Position numbers and translations under genes: made by a program. DNA of 64,000 nt, taken from Lytechinus pictus (taxonomy: Eukaryota). The notes under the pieces were generated by a model. It was not told where the DNA came from and made no database searches. It worked only from the letters and a program-made list of their open reading frames with translations. Positions 61,101 to 64,000 of this stretch are shown here, piece after piece; position 1 is the stretch's first letter, and each line of letters starts with the position of its first letter. Location of the stretch: contig NC_087255.1 of NCBI RefSeq assembly GCF_037042905.1, forward strand, positions 21,700,001 to 21,764,000, in the 5' to 3' direction.

Positions 61101-63275
61101 AATAAGTATTCACCATGGTCAAATAAATCTGTGAACATTTGACTGATAAAGTATTGGCTCTAAATATTTTGCTATAGATTTAATGTGTAATAACAGTATA
61201 AACAGAATATGTTTAGAATGTGTTCAATCAATTAAAACATGAATACATAAGGCAAGGGCCAACAGATTTTCCCTGATAAATTTCTCTTTTTATTTTATTT
61301 TCAGTAATTATTTCAGCTTTGTAGATAATTTTTGTAAAATCGTGTTTAAGAGCCCTGAATGAGCTAAGTTAGATGCATGATTATTGCATCGTTGCTTCAC
61401 CAAATTGATGAATAATAAAGCCCAATATTTTCATTCTTATCTGATTCAAATAGCACTGATCTTTCTGCATGGTAAGACATGTTTTATATTTATATTCATC
61501 TTGACGTATCTGTTATTTTCTCATTTTCAGTAGCTACAATTTGTGATGGAGCGACTCTTAATGAGACTTGTGTATACAACCCTTGTCAGAATGGAGGAAC
61601 ATGCATGAATGTTCTAAGTAAGTATTTTTTATTTTTATTTTTTAAACAAACAAGTGCACACCTAGTTACCAATAATGCATATAGCATTTCCATTTATTTG
61701 AAAGCAGGATAAAAGAGCATTGTAGATTAAATGCCTTGCTCACGGACGTAGGTGCCGCGGCCGGGGATCGAACCCCGGACTTTCCATGTAAAGCCAGGTG
61801 CCTTAGACCACTCGGCCACGGCACCTCCAAGTATAACATGCTACATCGATATATAAAGAAGAAAAAAATGGATAGAGCATTCACGCGCTCTTTTGAGGCC
61901 AACTAAAACACTTAAAAGTATTCCAAAAGACCAAGCGCACATGAAGTTCCAAACATTTTTCTTTTGAGTGTGCGCATTGATTCTTTCTTGTTGATGTGAC
62001 CCCATATACTGTTGTGTAAGGATTATTTTTCATGTATCTTCAAGGTCGAATGTGCGTCATCATACAACGAGCTCTTTCCATTTTTTTTTATATCTATGGT
62101 TTGCCACAGTGATATCACTTAATACCGGCTATTTTGTTCTTAGTGGCTTTTATTTTTCAATAACTGAATTTCTTTGACATAAACAATATATTAAACACAT
62201 ACATTAATGTAGAATGCGGCATATTACATGAGAAAGCTTATTATTTATATTTCATACTTATCGTCATTCATGGCTGTTCAGCTTATTAATTTAATTATAA
62301 CAATGTTTTGTAACGTCGTGGGTTTGTGGAAATAAAGACCCGATGAGATGAAAAAAAAAATGGCAGATATATTAATAACTCATAAAATGCATAACACTGA
62401 CACTTTTTTATCTTCATCTCTTTGGAAGCATTTAAATGACAACAAGTCATATTTTTGTTATGGGCTTTTTGCTCATTATTGTTTTATTATTTATAAATCA
62501 AGTAATAAATTTTACGTTGGAATCAGTTTAAAAAAAACGTTTGAAAAATAACAATGAAGATGATAATAAGAGAAAACTCTACGAGCGAACTCAACATAAG
62601 GAAACTTATTTTCACATTCCTACTTTTTTGAGTGTCAATCATTCAAGATAGAACACAAAAAATGTATTTTCTACACTCCACAAACAAGCATTTATACGAT
62701 CTTAAGCCATGAACAGTCTTTTTTAAAATAATATTTATTAAAATTCATTCGTTTCAAATCATGCATGCTACCGTGCAAAGACAATATAAATCAACAAAGT
62801 CTGAGACAGATAATAAGTTATAAAACAGAAAATTTTATAAAAATCATTAGCAAAGACAATATAAATCAACAAAGTCTGAGACAGATAATAAGTTATAAAA
62901 CAGAAAATTTTATAAAAATCATTAGCATTTCACATTGTTTAGTGAAATGACTCTCTATCACCGAGCCAACATGTCCGGTTTCAATAGTTTGCTCACTCCC
63001 GCTTATTGTCCTCTCTCCCTCTCTCTCCTTGTCATCCATCCTCTTTTTCTGCCCTTTTCCTCATTTTTTTAAATTCTACGTTGTAGGACCAGTTGGCGGG
63101 AAAAGCCTACGATATAACGATGTGTACTATTTATACGTCTCTGACACAATGATGACATGGTCTGAAGCGAACGAATATTGCCATCATGAAGGAGGAGGTC
63201 TCGTTGGCTTTGAGGACAAGGAAGAGGAAAAATTTGGGGATAACTATGCTGCAAAACAATTCATCGAACAAGATA
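34142..63275 (+). CDS. Secreted/cell-surface protein with EGF-like start and C-type lectin domain (5' part; continues beyond window)
   Basis: Exons 34142-34178 (MGNPVLVLLLIL, phase-1 GTAAGT), 61531-61617 (VATICDGATLNETCVYNPCQNGGTCMNVL) and 63087-63275 (RPVGGK..YYLYVSDTMMTWSEANEYCHHEGGGLVGFEDKEEEKF..). Joining them gives a continuous signal peptide. The link between exon 1 and exon 2 is inferred. Confidence 0.7.
35964..39300. mobile_element. ~3.3-kb non-autonomous DNA transposon with ~170-bp TIRs (TAG...CTA ends, Academ-like)
   Basis: The left arm tagtctaggtgattggtg..atggtacaagcat..ggtagagtaa..ctaaacattttta..ggggtgccaac..tagcaacggttgctaggtaac is the reverse complement of 39130-39300, which ends atccagacta. 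TSD is not clear. Confidence 0.7.
37170..38240. repeat. ~90-bp minisatellite (~11-12 copies) with alternating A/B units
   Basis: gatttggacc or variants recur at ~37253, 37339, 37439, 37526, 37620, 37711, 37805, 37889, 37984, 38075 and 38158. Confidence 0.9.
41817..42577 (+). repeat. Direct tandem duplication of ~387 bp
   Basis: gggccaga.a.ttttaagatgaa at 41817 and 42204, colinear through tgcattgcttaggatct. Confidence 0.85.
43417..43980. mobile_element. Kolobok-like non-autonomous transposon with TTAA TSD
   Basis: ttaa|aggtcaagtacacc...aatgttgattt ... aaatcaactttt...ggatggacttgtcct|ttaa. A partial relative lies at ~17040-17242. Confidence 0.8.
47135..47590 (+). repeat. (GAT)n microsatellite spanning an assembly gap (N 47367-47523)
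   Basis: Composition. Other gaps at 50087-50390 and 52904-53070. Confidence 0.9.
48456..48695. mobile_element. CACTG-ended (CACTA/EnSpm-like) palindromic MITE, 2-bp TG TSD
   Basis: tg|cactgcaaaaactccggtgttgatttaacaccagcccggaatcta ... tagattccgggctggtgttaaatcaacaccggagtttttgcagtg|tg. Confidence 0.85.
53157..53228 (-). tRNA. tRNA-like cloverleaf with UCA anticodon (suppressor-like or repeat-borne pseudo-tRNA)
   Basis: GTCTCTA TG GTCTAGTGGTTAAGGC A CCGGC GTTCAAA GCTGG GGGC CCGGG TTCGATT CCCGG CAGAGAC A, followed by TTTTTT. All four arms pair, with one acceptor-stem mismatch. Confidence 0.55.
57374..57387. promoter_or_regulatory. RFX X-box-like palindrome next to a CT/CA tract
   Basis: GTTGTCATAGCAAC fits the X-box consensus GTTNCCATRGCAAC with one change. 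Confidence 0.45.
58640..58872. mobile_element. hAT-like MITE
   Basis: TIR cactggcggatccagg / cctggatccgcccctg. 8-bp flanks gaataaca / gaataatt. Confidence 0.75.
61531..61617 (+). CDS. Exon: end of signal peptide plus first half of an EGF domain (CxxNPCQNGGTC)
   Basis: ttttcag acceptor, gtaagt donor, phase 1-1, canonical EGF C1-C3 motif. Confidence 0.88.
61715..61828 (-). mobile_element. tRNA-derived SINE head (3'-truncated)
   Basis: GGTGCCGTGGCCGAGTGGTCTAAGGC..GGTTCGATCCCC..GGCACC, followed by GAGCAAGGCATTTAATC. Confidence 0.7.
62775..62927 (+). repeat. Perfect 75-bp tandem duplication
   Basis: gcaaagacaatataaatc...aaaatcatta starts at 62775 and again at 62850. Confidence 0.92.
63087..63275 (+). 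CDS. Exon: N-terminal half of a C-type lectin domain
   Basis: ttgtag acceptor, gtaagt donor, motif TWSEANEYC...GGGLVGFEDKEEEKF. Confidence 0.88.
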
Positions 63276-63683
63276 GTAAGTCTATATACTTCATCATAAG
63301 AATAATAATGATAGGGAGTTCTATGTCCACGAAATACGGAGGGGACAAGAACAGACAAAATTTATTGTCGAATGCCCATAATGACAAAGAACAACCGAGC
63401 ACTCTTGTCGTAATTTGGTGAATCAAAACGTCAGTTTCGTCCAACATACTGGACAAACAACATACCTGCTTTGCTTCGTCAGCTCTGAAATGCAGACGAA
63501 ACGGCTGTCCCTGTTCACCAAATTATGACAAGACATCCCAGCCGTTCATTGTCATTTTGATGGGCATTTTCAATACATTTACTGTGTTCTTAAATCTTCC
63601 GTATGCGGAGCGAATACTTTCTAATAGTATACTGTTCAAACATACCGATTTGGTCGGGAGCGACCGCAAATGAATGGATCATG

Positions 63684-63928
63684 CACTGCAAAAACTCTGG
63701 TGTTGATTTAACACTAGCCCAGAATATATATATGTCCACATCAGAGAAGTGTTAAACAACGACACCAGTTTTGTTTTGGTCTAACACCAGATAGGTGTTT
63801 ATACAACACCAATTAGTATTAAAACAGCATCGGTTTGATTCCAAACTGGTGTTGTTTCAACACTTCTCTGATGTGGACATATATAGATTCCGGGCTGGTG
63901 TTAAATCAACACCGGAGTTTTTGCAGCG
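63684..63928. mobile_element. CACTG-ended palindromic MITE, same family as 48456-48695, opposite orientation
   Basis: tg|cactgcaaaaactctggtgttg...caacaccggagtttttgcagcg|tg. The internal asymmetric segment is inverted relative to the first copy. Confidence 0.85.
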
Positions 63929-64000
63929 TGATTTTCATGAAGTCATAATCCTACACGGGTCGCAGCAAGGTGTTGGGTGCAGTAATTGTCATTGCAAAAT

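Noticed and set aside
62765-62950. 61-aa ORF with an internal repeat
   Set aside because: Product of an intronic 75-bp tandem duplication with no splice signals.

Overview
This is AT-rich, intron-rich animal genomic DNA with three N-gaps. The repeat content and gene structures suggest a sea urchin or other echinoderm (inference). I reconstructed four protein-coding genes by reading GT-AG exons with matching phases. (1) Phosphoglucomutase PGM1 on the minus strand: 8 exons, 8171 to 330, running off the left edge. (2) A complete UBE2U-like E2 ubiquitin-conjugating enzyme, head-to-head with PGM1: 9 coding exons, 10525-17676, 328 aa. (3) An unrecognised 253-aa cysteine-rich single-pass membrane protein: 4 exons, 25987-30363. 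(4) The 5' part of a secreted or surface EGF/C-type-lectin protein whose signal peptide is split by a ~27-kb first intron (34142 to >63275). The rest is MITEs, non-autonomous DNA transposons, tRNA-derived SINEs and micro/minisatellites. The most notable item is a 175-bp TSD-flanked retro-insertion at 31551-31725 whose 5' end is a structurally intact 7SL (SRP) Alu domain, i.e. a candidate Alu-like SINE1 in an invertebrate. Also notable are a mosaic 190-bp tandem array of the PGM1 exon-7 acceptor plus partial exon, and a cloverleaf tRNA-like gene with a UCA anticodon.
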